A DNA stretch of 64,000 nucleotides, taken from NCBI GenBank assembly GCA_050613775.1, contig JBODTK010000157.1, positions 1 to 64,000 on the forward strand. Reading direction: 5' to 3'. This stretch comes from Neocallimastix sp. 'constans'. Lineage: Eukaryota. The translations under genes were made by a program, and so were the position numbers. Under the pieces are notes generated by a model. The model saw nothing but the letters and a program-made list of their open reading frames with translations. It did not search any database and was not told the DNA's origin. The first letter of the stretch is position 1; every line of letters starts with the position of its first letter. Of the stretch, positions 12,325-27,100 are shown piece by piece.

Positions 12325-13808
12325 ATGGCTTCTAGACCAAGAAGACGTTTAGTACAACGTACTTCTTTAAGTGCAGATAACGATAATGATAATGAAAATG
12401 AGGGTAATACTAATTCAAATTCAAATAGGGATAATTCCAATGATTCCAATGATGAAATCCATAGTAGTTATAGCAATCATCAAACTCGAACAGCAACTTC
12501 TGCAAGAAGGACCTACAGTAAAAAAGTTCCAACGAAAACGTCGATGGTATCAGGAAAAAGTAAATAATTTTTTTTTTTTTTTTATTAATATAAAATAGAG
12601 TTTTTTTATTTTTTTTTTTTTTTTTCAAAAAGAATTTTATTGAAATTTTAAATAAAAGATTTAATTTAATTTTAGGATAAAAAAAAAAAAAAATTATATG
12701 TATAAAAGAAATAAGTATAGAAATAAAATAAATAAATAGATAAATAATAATTATAATAATAATTATAATTATAATTATAATTAATACTAATATACTAGTA
12801 TTAATGTATGATGAGATTTCAAATTGTTTTCAAAAGAAAATGTCCGAAATTGATTTCAAGTTAACTTACTATATAAATTCATAATATAAAAATTGAGATG
12901 AAATAAATGAAATATATATTCTTAATGTATAATTATTTACAATATTTAAATTTAAATTTATATAAAATTATAATTTCTCCAAAAAATTTTGTTCTTTGTC
13001 AATTTTTATCGAAATTTATATATATATATATTTATAAAAATGAAATTTATAAATTTCATTATTATTATTATTTATTTTTATTTTTATTTTTATTTTTTTT
13101 TTTTTTTAATTTTTTATTTTTTTTTAATAAAAAACTAAATTTTCTTCTTTTAAATTCATAGTAATAAATTATTATCGTTTATTTTTTAAATTATTTAATT
13201 GTAACAATTAACAATTAACAATTACTTTTACTTTTTTTTTTTTTGTTTATTATAATTATTATATATAAAATTAAATCTATTAGCAGTAACTAAGAAAAGA
13301 CGTTATAAACCTGGTTCTTTGGCTTTAAAGGAAATTAGAAAATATCAAAGATCAACACAACTTTTAATTAGAAAATTACCTTTTGCTCGTTTGGTAAATA
13401 TATACTAAAAAATATTTATAATAGTATATGTTAAATATATATATATATTTTATTGTATATATTATTATTATGTATTAATAATTATATTATCATACTAATA
13501 ATTATATATTATTATATTATATATTATTATTGTTATTATTTTATTGTTATTGCTATTTTATATTAATAATTAATATATATTATTATACTATGTTATTATT
13601 ATTATTATTTTCATTTATATTCCTTTTTTTTTTTTTACAAAAAAAAAAAAAAAAAAAAAAAGGTTCGTGAAATTGCAACAGATGTATTAAGACGAGGTCC
13701 ATATAGTATAGAAGAAGTACGATGGAATTCTTCGGCAATTCTAGCTTTACAAGAAGCAGCAGAATGTTATATAACACATCTATTGGAAGATTCGTAAATA
13801 TTTATATT

Positions 13809-13840
<32 letters not shown>

Positions 13841-14187
13841 TATATTAATAAATAAATGTTAATTTTTATGTTTATTATTATGTATCATAATTATTATAAT
13901 TATTATTAATTTATAATATTATTATATCTTTACTCTATTTTTTCTATATATATATATATACATATATTATATATTTTATATATTATATATCTATGATATA
14001 TTTATAATTTATGATTTTTATGATGATGATGATAATGATGATAATGATAATGATGACTATTAATATTATTTCAATTTTCCTGAATATTAGTAATCTTTGT
14101 GCAATTCATGCTAAAAGAGTTACTTTAATGCAAAAAGATATACAGTTGGCTAGAAGAATTCGTGGACCATGGGGTGGTCTTGGTTAA
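12325..14187 (+). CDS. CSE4: Centromeric histone H3 variant CENP-A/CenH3, 190 aa; exons 12325-12559, 13284-13393, 13663-13793, 14091-14187
   Basis: Histone fold [101 protein letters not shown]. CenH3 hallmarks are present: a divergent ~80-aa tail, PFARL instead of PFQRL, a longer loop 1, and W at the H3 F84 position. Confidence 0.93.
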
Positions 14188-15354
14188 AAAAAAAAAAAAA
14201 ATGGAAAAAAAAAGAAAAAAAAAAGAAAAAAAATTTATTTATTTATTTATTTTATTTTTTTATTTATTATTATTATTATTTTTTTTTTTTTCATTCCATT
14301 TTTTATTATTTTCTTTCTACTTTCTTTCTGTTTTTCTCTATATATACTCTATTAATTTAATTATATTAAAACAGCAATAGAAACAAACAAACAAACAAAC
14401 AAACAAACAAACAAACAAAAAAAAAAAAAAACGATAACAACAGTAACACCAACAATAATAATTTATAATTAATTAATTAATTAATTAATGATTATCTATG
14501 ATAATAATAATAATAATTATATATATATATATATATATTTTATCTAATTCTTCTTATATATATATTTTTATTGAATTATTATCATTATTATTTTTTAATT
14601 TTATATATCCATATTAATTATTATGATAATTAATAATTAATATTTTATTTATTTTATTTTATTCTATATATTTATTTTTTTAATATATATATTTTATATA
14701 TATATTTAGATAAAAAAAAAAAAAAATAAAGAAGATACCTTTATTATTTTAATTCATATACAACCTATTATTATTTTTAGTTTATTTTTATTTTTTTTAT
14801 TTTTATTTTTATTTTTATTTTTTTTTTTGTATTGTAATAAATTTACTATTCCATTTATATATACATATAAATTTATATAAACATTATAACATTTTATAAA
14901 AAAATTTTTTTTATTAAATAATAATAATAATAAAAAAAAAAAAAAAAAACAATATTTTTTAAATAAAAAAAAAAATAACATATCATATATTTTAAAAAGT
15001 AAATAAAAATATTAAAATTTAAAATATACATACATACATATATATATTTTATAATAATAATAATGATTTTAATACATCTTAATATTAAAATAAAAAAAAA
15101 AAAAAAAAGCAAGGTTTTTTTTATTTTTTATTTTTTATTTTTGGATAATAAAAGTTTTATTTTTATTTTTATTTTTTTGTAATAAAAATTACAAAATTAT
15201 TATTATTATTATTATTACTATATATTAAATAAATAAATTTAATAAATAAATATGTTTAATTTTATATTACTGACAGATAAATTATTGTATAATAATAATA
15301 AAAAAAAAATTTTTTTTTTTTTATTCAATTTAAATTTCTAATATATAATAATAC

Positions 15355-15399
<45 letters not shown>

Positions 15400-15573
15400 T
15401 TTGTATGATTATTGTTATTATTATAATTTCCTTGAAAGAAATTCAATATTTTGGGTTATATATTAAAAAACATAAAATTTATGATAATAAATGAATGAAT
15501 GAATGACTAAATAAATAAATAAATAAATAAATTTTTTTTTTTTTTTGAAATTTCGTTTTAAGATATTTTTAAA

Positions 15574-15881
15574 TTAATTGTTAACTTTGAATTTGTAACT
15601 GTTTTAATATATATATACATATACAATAAATATAATAATAATAATAATAATAATAATTAAATATCCATAATAGTAAATATAAATATAAATATATATATAT
15701 ATATTTAGAATTGTAATAAGATAAAATGAAATAAATATATTTATAAAATAATAGAAAAAAAAAAAAAAAATAAAAATAAAAATAAAAGGGTTTATTAGTA
15801 TTTCTTAAAGAACAATATTTTAATTTTATAAAAAAAAAAATAAAAATTTTTTTATTAATAATAAAAGTTGTATATGCTATT

Positions 15882-15920
<39 letters not shown>

Positions 15921-16856
15921 AAAGACAGAGAGATAGATAGATATAGATAAAATATAGATTATATATAATTTGAAATTTCAACACCTTACCCACACTTTGG
16001 ACAAGTATAGAAAACCGTTTGACCTTCATCAGCAGAACGAAGTTGCATGGTATGAAATATCATTTCATTAGAATCACAATCTGGATTTGGACATTTTTCT
16101 TTAATCTATATATATATATATTAAAAAAAAAAAAAAAAAAAAATTAACAAATTTGTAATTAATATCTGTTTTTTAAATATATATATATATATATATTTTT
16201 TTAAATAATAAAATATATAAAATATAAACTTATAGGTAAAGAAAATTTACTGTTGCTCCTTCTTTAACTTCGTCTACTTTTTCCTTCTTTCTAGAATGGA
16301 AAACTCCTGGTAATGAATGAGTAATAACTGGAACATTTTCAAAAACTTTATATACGTATATATATATTCATTTATTAAATTATTATAATTATTTTTTATT
16401 ATTTAAAATAATAATGTAATAATAATAATAATAACAAAAAAAAAAAAAAAAGGTTTTTTTTTTTTTTTTATATTAATATACATATTTATTGAATATTTAT
16501 ATTTAGGAATTAAAATGAAAAAAAATAATTGCTCATTGTAAAAAAAAAAAAAAAGTAATATCAATAATAATAATTTATATACATATACAATACTTAAACA
16601 TATATATATATATACATAAATATATATATATATTTAATTTTAATATTATTTCAATTTCAATTTCTATTTAATTATATATATATATATATAAATATATATA
16701 TATTTTTTTTCTTAAATGTTCATTTTACATACCGGAACTACTTTCAGCATGACCACAAACGCTACAAATAATGGTATCCATATCTCCAGGTGAATCCAAT
16801 AAGTTACTACATACAGGACAGAATACAAGACTATGTGAACGAATATTAGTATTCAT
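15574..16856 (-). CDS. RPA12: RNA polymerase I subunit A12.2, 119 aa; exons 16856-16733, 16345-16251, 16105-15990, 15598-15574
   Basis: N-terminal zinc ribbon FCPVCSNLL...CSVCG and TFIIS-like C-terminal ribbon IKEKCP...[27 protein letters not shown]. The GT-AG introns keep the frame. Absent from the ORF track. Confidence 0.95.
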
Positions 16857-17446
16857 TTTTTTTTTTTTTAATTTATATTTATATTATATATTATTTTATA
16901 AAATTAATATTTAAACAAAAAAAAAAAAAAAAAAAAAGAGGAAGGAAAAGGTCTTTTTTTTTTTTTTTTTTTTTTTTTTTGAAATTTCAAATGTTAATTT
17001 CTTATGTTATATATTAAAAAATATGATAAATAAAGAACAATAATAATAACAAAAATATAAAAAGAGATATATATGTAAATATATATATTATATTTATTAT
17101 ATAAACATAATTGTTTTTTTTTTTTTTAAAAATAAAAATAAAAAAAATAAAATAAAAATAAAAAATAAAATGAAAATCAATCAGCTCTGTGTGATTGGTT
17201 AAAATGAAATATCTGTAGTATTTTTTTTGGATATAATTTTTTAAAATTTTATTTTTATTTTTTTTTTTATTTTTTTAATTAATTAAAAAAAAAAAAAAAA
17301 TTAAATTTAATTAAAAAGTCATCATCAACTTAAATATTAAATATTAAATTAAATTTTTAATTTTAATCTGTCAAAAAAAACTGTTAATATTTTTTCTTTA
17401 TTATTTATATTTATATTTAAATATATATATTAATATATATATTTTT

Positions 17447-17699
17447 ATAAAAAAACAACATTATATAGATCATAGATCAAATAATTATTGATATTTATTA
17501 TATAATAATTTATTATTTATTATTATTGATATTTAAAAAAAAAAAAAAAATTATTTGTTTAATATAAAACATTTATCTAGTAAAATAAAATAAAAAATTA
17601 TATTTTATTATATATATTATATTTTATTAATATAGATATCAAAATTTTTATTTCATTTACAAAATATTATATTTAAACAAAGGAATAATTACTATTATA

Positions 17700-17739
<40 letters not shown>

Positions 17740-18051
17740 TTTTAATACTTAAAATATTATAAAAAAACAACATTATATAGATCATAGATCAAATAATTAT
17801 TGATATTTATTATATAATAATTTATTATTTATTATTATTGATATTTAAAAAAAAAAAAATTATTTGTTTAATATAAAACATTTATCTAGTAAAATAAAAT
17901 AAAAAATTATATTTTATTATATATATTATATTTTATTAATATAGATATCAAAATTTTTATTTCATTTACAAAATATTATATTTAAACAAAGGAATAATTA
18001 CTATTATATATATATATATATATATTTTTTTTTTAATACTTAAAATATTAT
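17447..18051. repeat. Near-identical tandem duplication of ~300 bp
   Basis: AAAAAAACAACATTATATAGATCATAGATC...TAATACTTAAAATATTAT occurs twice. The copies differ mainly in homopolymer and (TA)n lengths. Confidence 0.9.
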
Positions 18052-18697
18052 AATATTTTGTAGTCAAGAACCACATGAGTTACACATGGGTCTTGATTAT
18101 GAAATTAATTATTAAAAAAAAAATTTTTTTTTATTATTCCTAACATTAGTTACATAAAAATTCAAAAGAAAAACTATATGTATATAAATATATATATTTA
18201 TATATATTTATGTAAAGAAAAAAAAAAAAAAAAAAAAAAGAAGGGATTTTTTAAAATCATTTCTTTGATGCTAGATAATTAATTTTTTATTTTATTTTTA
18301 TTTTAAATTTTTATGTGTATTATAATTTATGTAAAGAAGCATTAAAAAAAAAAATTAAATTCATAAAATTTATAAAATTATAAGCATTAAATGATACTAA
18401 TTTTTAAATCAATACATATGTTAATTTTTATTTTAATTCTTAAATGAATCGTTAAACATATAAAAATTAAAAACAAACAGAAGAATAAAAATAAATGAAC
18501 TAATGAATTAACAAACAAACAAACAAAGAAACAAAAGATATATTAATTAGAATAAAATATAATAAAATAATAAAATAAAACTAAAATTCATGAATATATA
18601 TATATATAATATATCTATTTTAATTTTTAAAATTATTTATTTTTTTTTTTTATTTTACGTTTTTCATTATATAAATATATTTATATAAACTATTAAC

Positions 18698-18728
<31 letters not shown>

Positions 18729-19108
18729 CATTAATTATTAATTATTCTTTTTAACAAATATTATTATTATTATTATAATTAAAAAAAAATATATATATAT
18801 TATATCTTAATATTTAATAATTTCTTCTTATTATTCAAATGTTTTATTAGTTTTATTATTATCGTTTCATTTTACTACATATATATATATATTTTTTTAT
18901 TGTATTATTTTATTTTATATTATATATATTTAATTTATTATTATTATCATTATTATTAATTGATTGATATAGAAATAATAATAAATATAATTATTAATTA
19001 ATTATTTTTATTTTAAAAAAATAAAACAAAAATAATTATAATAATAATAAAAATGAATAAAAATAAAAATAAAACTTGACATATAAAATTTTTTAAATAA
19101 TTTAAAAA

Positions 19109-19140
<32 letters not shown>

Positions 19141-19141
19141 T

Positions 19142-19882
19142 TTAAGCTTTGTTATTTGCCATAAGGAAAGGAATATCAAGGAATCTCAATACCTTTCCAA
19201 AAGTATTATTACCATTATTAATAGAGTTGATAGTGTAATCATAGTTATTATTAATAAATATTAAGAGTACTAATACGGCGTAAGCGTAAAACAAATTAAA
19301 AGAATGAATAAAGTCCGTAAATAAAGATAAACTGACACGAATGAAACCCTTAAGATCCTTCTTCTTATCTTTTTGATGAGAATGAGAATGAGAATGGGAT
19401 TGAGTACGGGAGCGACCTTTTGATGATTTTGATTTTGATTTTGATTTTGAGGAACTTAAAAGATTATGATAATAAACAGAGTAAGCAATCATAAGTACTG
19501 GTAAGGAGTAATAAGCAAGCTTCAAAGGAGGGATTAATTTAAACAATTTAATAATGATACAGATACATACAGGTGGTAAACCTTTAATGATCTCTTGAGT
19601 AGCCGTACCATTCTTTATACTTTCATCGAATATAGTTGAAACATAGTAGGTATAGATGGTGATACCAGCAATCGTTAAAGTGACGAGATATTTGTATAGA
19701 GTTCTAGATCTTTGTTTCACTCCGAGGGTAATGAGATAAACGATGGTTAAAAAAATCAAGAAAATAATTTCCTTTTTAATAATATTTGATAATAAACCTC
19801 CAGGTCCTTCAAATTTAAAATTTTTAGAAGCAACATAATTCGCAATGTTATCCACAAACTCCTTAAAATCTTCTTTACCCAT
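19142..19882 (-). CDS. Hypothetical multi-pass membrane protein, 246 aa, intronless
   Basis: Open ORF with GC well above its flanks. It has four to five hydrophobic segments and a basic Ser/Lys/His-rich loop. Confidence 0.8.
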   Translation of the reverse strand: MGKEDFKEFVDNIANYVASKNFKFEGPGGLLSNIIKKEIIFLIFLTIVYLITLGVKQRSRTLYKYLVTLTIAGITIYTYYVSTIFDESIKNGTATQEIIKGLPPVCICIIIKLFKLIPPLKLAYYSLPVLMIAYSVYYHNLLSSSKSKSKSKSSKGRSRTQSHSHSHSHQKDKKKDLKGFIRVSLSLFTDFIHSFNLFYAYAVLVLLIFINNNYDYTINSINNGNNTFGKVLRFLDIPFLMANNKA

Positions 19883-20624
19883 TTTTTTTTTCTTCTTTTT
19901 TTCTTCTTTTTTTTTTTTTATTTTATTTTTTTTTTTCTAATATGAATTAGTGGAATAATACGGTAAATATATACTACTCTATTTATTTGGAACTATTAGT
20001 AAAAACTATGTATATATATTTTATTTTTTTTCATAGATAGATTTACAATATTATTGTATATATTAACAATATTATAAAAATTATTATTATTATTATTATT
20101 TTCTTTTCTTTTCTTTTCTTTGTTTTTGAAGTTGTATTCGTGTTCGTAATTGTCTTTAAAATAAATAAATGAATAACTAATAAATAATTAAATAAATGAA
20201 AAAAAAAACAAATTTAAAACTGAAACAAAAATTTTATATTCTGTTATTATTATTATTATTATTATTTGTTTTTGTTTTTTGCTTTTTCTTCTAAAACCTT
20301 TTACTCTTAATTATAGGGATAGATAAATAGCTGATATTTAAAATTATATAGTAATAATAATAAATTAACATATAATTATATAAAATATAAAAATACGTGT
20401 ATAGATATATAGATATATAAATAAAAAAATAAATAATAAATATATAATAAATAAATAAATAAATAAATTGTTAATTAGTAATGATAGAATAATATTAAAA
20501 TTGGTTTCAAGACTATTTAATTTTTATTTTTTATTTTTTTTTTTTTATTTTTTTTTTAAGATTTCATTAAAAATATATATTTTTATATACATATATTAAT
20601 AACTAGTTGAATATCATATGATTT

Positions 20625-20900
20625 GATAATTTTTTTTTATAATTCAAGATGTGTATTAGGTATTATATATTGATAATATAATTAACTATCTACTATTATC
20701 AATGGTGAGAATTCTTATTGATATTCCATTTATAATTTTTTTTTTATATTTTATTGAATATATATTCACAATAATTTTTTTTATATTATAAGGTGCATAC
20801 TAGGTATGTATATATGTATTTGTATATTGATAATATTATTAACTATCTATTATAATCAATTGGGAATCCTTTATTGATAATCTTATTGAAATTCTTTTAT
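20625..20900. repeat. Diverged tandem duplication, ~145-bp unit
   Basis: The block TAGGTAT...TATATTGATAAT...ATTAACTATCTA...ATCAAT...TTATTGATA appears twice. Confidence 0.65.
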
Positions 20901-20962
20901 TTATACATATATATATGTTTTAAGAATTTTACATTTTAAATTATTTAAAGTTACCCTTTATA

Positions 20963-20993
<31 letters not shown>

Positions 20994-21938
20994 TTGAAAT
21001 TAATAATTATATTTATGTTGTAAACTGCAATATTTTATAATGCATATTCTTTAAATTTTATATAATAATATCTATAATATATTTTTATATTGTCTATTTT
21101 TATTGTTTTTATAAAAAGTTTTTTTTTTTTTATTTTTCTTTAGATAATTAAACAATATTTTATATTTGAATAGTAATCAAAATTTTCGAAATAAAATAAA
21201 AAAAAAACTAATAATAATAGTAAAAGAAATACTAATAATTGTATAATTATAATAATTTATAATATATATCGTATATATAAAATATAAATTATTTCATACT
21301 TTGTATTTTTCTTGTTAGTGTTAATTTAATTTATATATATATATATTTTTTTACTTTCTTTACACTTTTTTATTTTAATTTCGTTATTAGTTTTTTTTTT
21401 TTTCCTTCTTAATAAATAATATATTTAAAGAATAAAAATCATTAATATTCAAAGTAAAGTATTGAAAAAATAAATATGTTTAAAAATTAAAAAAGTTTTA
21501 AAGTATAAAATAATAAATATAAAAAAATTTTTTTTTTTTCAAAAATATTAATAAATTATTTTATTAAATCAATAATTCAGGATGATGATGATGATGAATT
21601 ATTGATTATTAAAATTTATATAATTTTATATTAATTTATATAATTTTATAATTATATATAATTTTTATAATTTTTAATAAATTTATTATATATTTATAAT
21701 TATATATAATTATAATTTATAATTTATTATCTACATAATTAGCAATAAAATAAAAAAATAAATTAATATTTAATAATAATAATAATAATAATAATATAAT
21801 AATAATAATAATAGTTATATTATTTAAATAGAAAAATAATAATAATAATAATAATAATTTTTAAATAAATATTATTGATTTATAATAAAGTTTATATTTA
21901 ACTGTAAAATATTTATTATATTATAAGATTAAACAGTG

Positions 21939-22208
<270 letters not shown>

Positions 22209-22504
22209 TCTTATTAAAAAATAAAAAAATGATTAAAAATATTATTATTATTATAGGTTGATCTATACAAGTCTTTATAATAAATAATAATAAATAATAA
22301 ATAATAAATAATAAATAATAATAATAAATAATAAATAATAAATAATAAATAATAAATAATAAATAATAAATAATAAATAATAAATAATAAATAATAAATA
22401 ATAAATAATAAATAATAAATAATAAATAATAAATAATAAATAATTAAATAAAAAATAATAATAAATAATTAATAATCAATAATCAATAATAAATAATAAT
22501 AATA

Positions 22505-22754
22505 TGTTTAGAAAGTAACTGAAATCTCACAATTTCAATTATGATTATTTATAGTTAATATGGCTTTTATTTATTTATATTTAATTATATGAATATTACA
22601 TAATAAAGAATATTACAGTTTAACAAAATATAATAAATAAGATTTATAATAACTATTTAATAACTATCTAATAACTAATGTATTCATAATGTGGCTAATC
22701 GTGGCGTATTAATATTACAATGTATAATGTATAATTATAATGTAATACTTAACA
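22505..22754. mobile_element. Solo LTR, 250 bp
   Basis: TGTT...AACA ends with 5-bp TSD TAATA, although the flanks are low complexity. It shares TGTGGCTAAT, in opposite orientation, with the solo LTR at 60156-60361. Confidence 0.6.
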
Positions 22755-23207
22755 TAATAAATAATAAATAATCAAATAAAAAATAATAATTGAATAATAA
22801 ATAATCAATAATAAATAATAATAAATAATTAAATAATAAAAAATAATAATAAATAATAAATAATAATTGTATATAAAAATCTATTCATTTCATTAAAGAT
22901 AATGATGATGATGATGAAAGAAAAAGAATAACTAATAAAATTTTTTTTTTTTTAATTTTTTCATATGAAAATTTATTTTTAAATTTTTTAAATTTTTTAA
23001 AAACATTTCATTAATACTTGAGAATAACAATATTAGATTAGATGAAAATAAAATGAAATGTAATGTAATGTAATGTAATGTAAAAATATAGGATGAAAAT
23101 AAAATGAAATAAAATGAAATGTAATGTAAAAAAAAAAAAAAAAAAAAAGATCAAATTTTCAATTTAAATGTCAAACATCAAATTTAAAATAATAATAAAA
23201 TTGTAAG

Positions 23208-23469
<262 letters not shown>

Positions 23470-24173
23470 AATAAAAGAAAAAAAAAAAAAATCAAAAAAA
23501 GTTAATCTCTACTTTAAAAAAACTACCCATTCATTTTTTATATAATTTTATTTTTATTTTTTATTTTTTTTATTTTATTATTTATTTATTTATTTATATA
23601 TTTTTAATTTTATTTTTTTTTTTTATTATATTTTATTTAATTATTTAATTATTTTTTATTTTTTTAAAAAAAAAATAAAAAAAAAAAACTAAAATACTAC
23701 TTTAACATTTAATTATGAATAACTTTTTTTTTTTTTTTTCATTTTTTAAATTTTATATTTTTTTTTATATTATTATTACTATTCAACATTTTAATTTTTT
23801 ATTTATTTATTTTTATTTATATTTTTATATTTTTATTTCTTGTAATTATAATTATTTAAATTTTTTTTTTATTTTAGTTATTATTATTAATATCTTTAAT
23901 ATATATATTTTTTATTACCATTTACTATTAAATATTTAATTTTGTATTTATTTTATTTATTTATTTATTTATTTATATTTTTTATATTTTTTATTTCTGT
24001 TAATTTTAATTTTTTTAATTTATTTTTTACTTTAGTTATTATTTTTAATATTTTTTATTTTAAATAAATTAGTATATATATATCAATAATGTTAATTTCA
24101 TAATAATTATAAATCCTAAATAAATTACAATTTAAATGATAAAAAAAAAAAAATAATAATAATAATAAAAAAA

Positions 24174-27100
24174 TTATTTCTTCATTTTTTCTAACTTTTC
24201 TTTAGCTTTAGCAAATCCTTTAGACGAAGCATTTTCATAATAAGATAAAGCAATATTTTTATCCATTGGAACACCATAACCAATTTCATAGCAACATCCA
24301 ACCTTATAACTTTTTTTTTTTTTTTTTTTGAAATAATAATAAAAAAAAAAAAAATTAAATTGTTAAAAATTTAATAAATAAATATATAATTAAAAAAAAA
24401 AAAAAAAAAAATTAAATTGTTAAAAATAAATAAATATATATATAATTAAAAAAAAAAAATCTATATCTATCTATTTATTTATTTATCTATACTATAGGAT
24501 AAAAATTTTTATCTATTTTAATGTATTTAATCTTTATATTTGTATAAACAATATAAATATATATAAATATATTATATAAATTTATATTATAACTACATAT
24601 TATTTTTTTTTCTTTATTATATAAAAATACTTACATGGCTTCTGGTAATCCTTCTTTTCCTTCAGCAGCACAGGAAAGCCAGTCAAAGTAGGCCTTCTTT
24701 CTCATCTCTGCAGTGACCGGTTGTTTATCCCACCATGAGGCTAACTTATATTGAGCAATCTTATTATCTTTAGCAGCGGCCATATGTAAATATTTACCGG
24801 CATTTGTGGAGGTATTACCCTCTGAGATTAAATAGAATTTACCGAGTTCAAGAGCACTTGGAATATGTTCATATTTATCGGCAGCTTCCTTCAACAAAGC
24901 GATGGTATAGTCTTCATTTTTAGAGATACCTCCACTTTCATAACCCTTATACGAAAGTAGAGCATATTCATAGAGACCATCAGGATATTCCTTATTGGCA
25001 TTACGTTTACTAAGGTTTAACCATTTAACGGCCTCCTTTGGTGATTTTCTTTCATAAATTTTATACATCTTAAAGGCAGCCCCTGGATGATTATTGATGG
25101 CAGCAAATTTAAAGAAGGAGATGGCTTGCATACGTTTCTTTTTAGAATCCATATGTTCATAACAGAGACCAAGATTATAGGTAGATTCTGAATTTAGTTG
25201 TTGTTTCTGTTGCTGTTCCGTATTCTTAAGAACCTTCATAAATAATGGACCAGCTTTATCGTAGTTTGGCTCGTGGTATAAGGCGCCCTCAATACCAAAT
25301 ATATAAAGTTTAGCTAAGATATTACAGGCATCAATACTATTATCACGAACACTTTTTTTCAGGAGTTTTAAGGCATCATTAAGGATGTCCGACTGTTCAT
25401 TTTGAATATACTTCATGGAATTAAATAAATGATTACAGAAGAGAACAATCTTGTTGTGATCATCTGGTGATGCCCTAGCATCATTTCTTCTCTTCTTAAG
25501 CGTGGTAATAAGTGTATTCTCATTTTTATTATTTAACTTGACAGAGAAGACAATCTTTTCACCGAAAGGGGAGTTACGACTGGTCCATTTTGGATACCAA
25601 GTAACCAATTTACTTGCCACTTGTTCCGGTGGGTTCTGGATACTACTATAGAGTCTTTCAATTTGATTATTTCTCTCTTGAATTTCATGTAATTTATTTT
25701 GGTATCGTATGATTTGTTGCTGATTTTGTTGAATTTGAGCATTTAATTGATAGGTTTGTTGATTGGTTGAATCAAAATTAGTATTACCAGCATTTCTTGG
25801 AAGAGAAAGTTGATTAAGAACTACTTGATTATCAAGATTAGGCATAACACCAACATTATTAATATTTATCATATTATTAACGAGAGGAGAAGAGGAAGAA
25901 CCATTTAAAATACCATTGTCATTTATATTGGCAGGAATAACTGAAGGAGAATCAAGCGATCCTTGAACACTATCAATAGGACTATTAACATGAGTTTCTA
26001 AATGAGAAGAAGGGGATTGTAACATATTATCTTCATTGACTGTTGTTGTGGTAGTATTAGACATTGGTAATAATTCATTGACATTACCATTAATATTACC
26101 ACTGAGATTAGTGTTGACATTAATATTATTAACATTACCATTGGTATTACCATTTCTTGGTAATGTGGATCGTTGACTTATGATCTCTTCAGAGAATTCA
26201 CTACAAGTTTCAATTTCTTCCTCATCATCTGAATTAACATTCATAATTTCAGAATTACTCATATTACAAATAATAGAATTGGAATCTCTGTGAATGGCAT
26301 AAGAATCTCTATTAAGTACTAAAGATTCTCTGTTATTTACTACTAATGAACTTCTATTGTTAGCATTACCTCCTCTTAATTGTTCTACTCTAGCATTACT
26401 TAATCTATTGTTATTATTATTATTAATCATATTATTGTTATTGCTTATCATATTATTGTTATTGTTAATCATATTATTGTTATTGCTTATCATATTATTG
26501 TTATTGTTCATCATATTATTGTTATTATTCATCATAGTATTGTTATTGTTCATCATAGTATTGTTCATCATATTATTATTATTATTATTCATGGTCACAT
26601 TAACATTATTCATTTCCGGACTGAAGGTAAGACTCATTCTATTATTCATTAAATCTTGGTTAGTAGAGGTACTGTAGGCTACACTAGTTCTATTACCACT
26701 AATATTATTACTTATTCCTCCGTTATAAACAATACTGGTAACATCTTCACTGATAACTCTATTACCAAGAGCGACAATAGAGGAACCATTATCAATTGAA
26801 ACATTAGGATCAATATTTGCAGGATGATCTTGTGATCCAATACTACTACTATTAGAAAGATTAGCCATAGGATTATTGTCAGTGATAACAGTTCCTTGAA
26901 TAGTATTTGGAAGTACCGAAGTATTATTAGCTGCTGAAGTAGTGGTGGCTGTGGTCATCAAAGAATTAATGAGAGTACCACTGACGCCATTATTACCAAT
27001 TACACTATAACCTGGATATTCTGGTGCAGGAGGTTCATTTTGTTGTTGTTGCTGTTGCTGTTGTTGCTGTTGTAATAAAATACGATTTAATTCATTATTA

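Noticed and set aside
7642..16856. HRP1-CENP-A-RPA12 as a functional gene cluster
   Set aside because: These are unrelated housekeeping functions, and adjacency alone is not evidence of a system.
17175..17200. CCAAT-like inverted motif upstream of RPA12
   Set aside because: A plausible promoter element, but it cannot be supported from one short occurrence.
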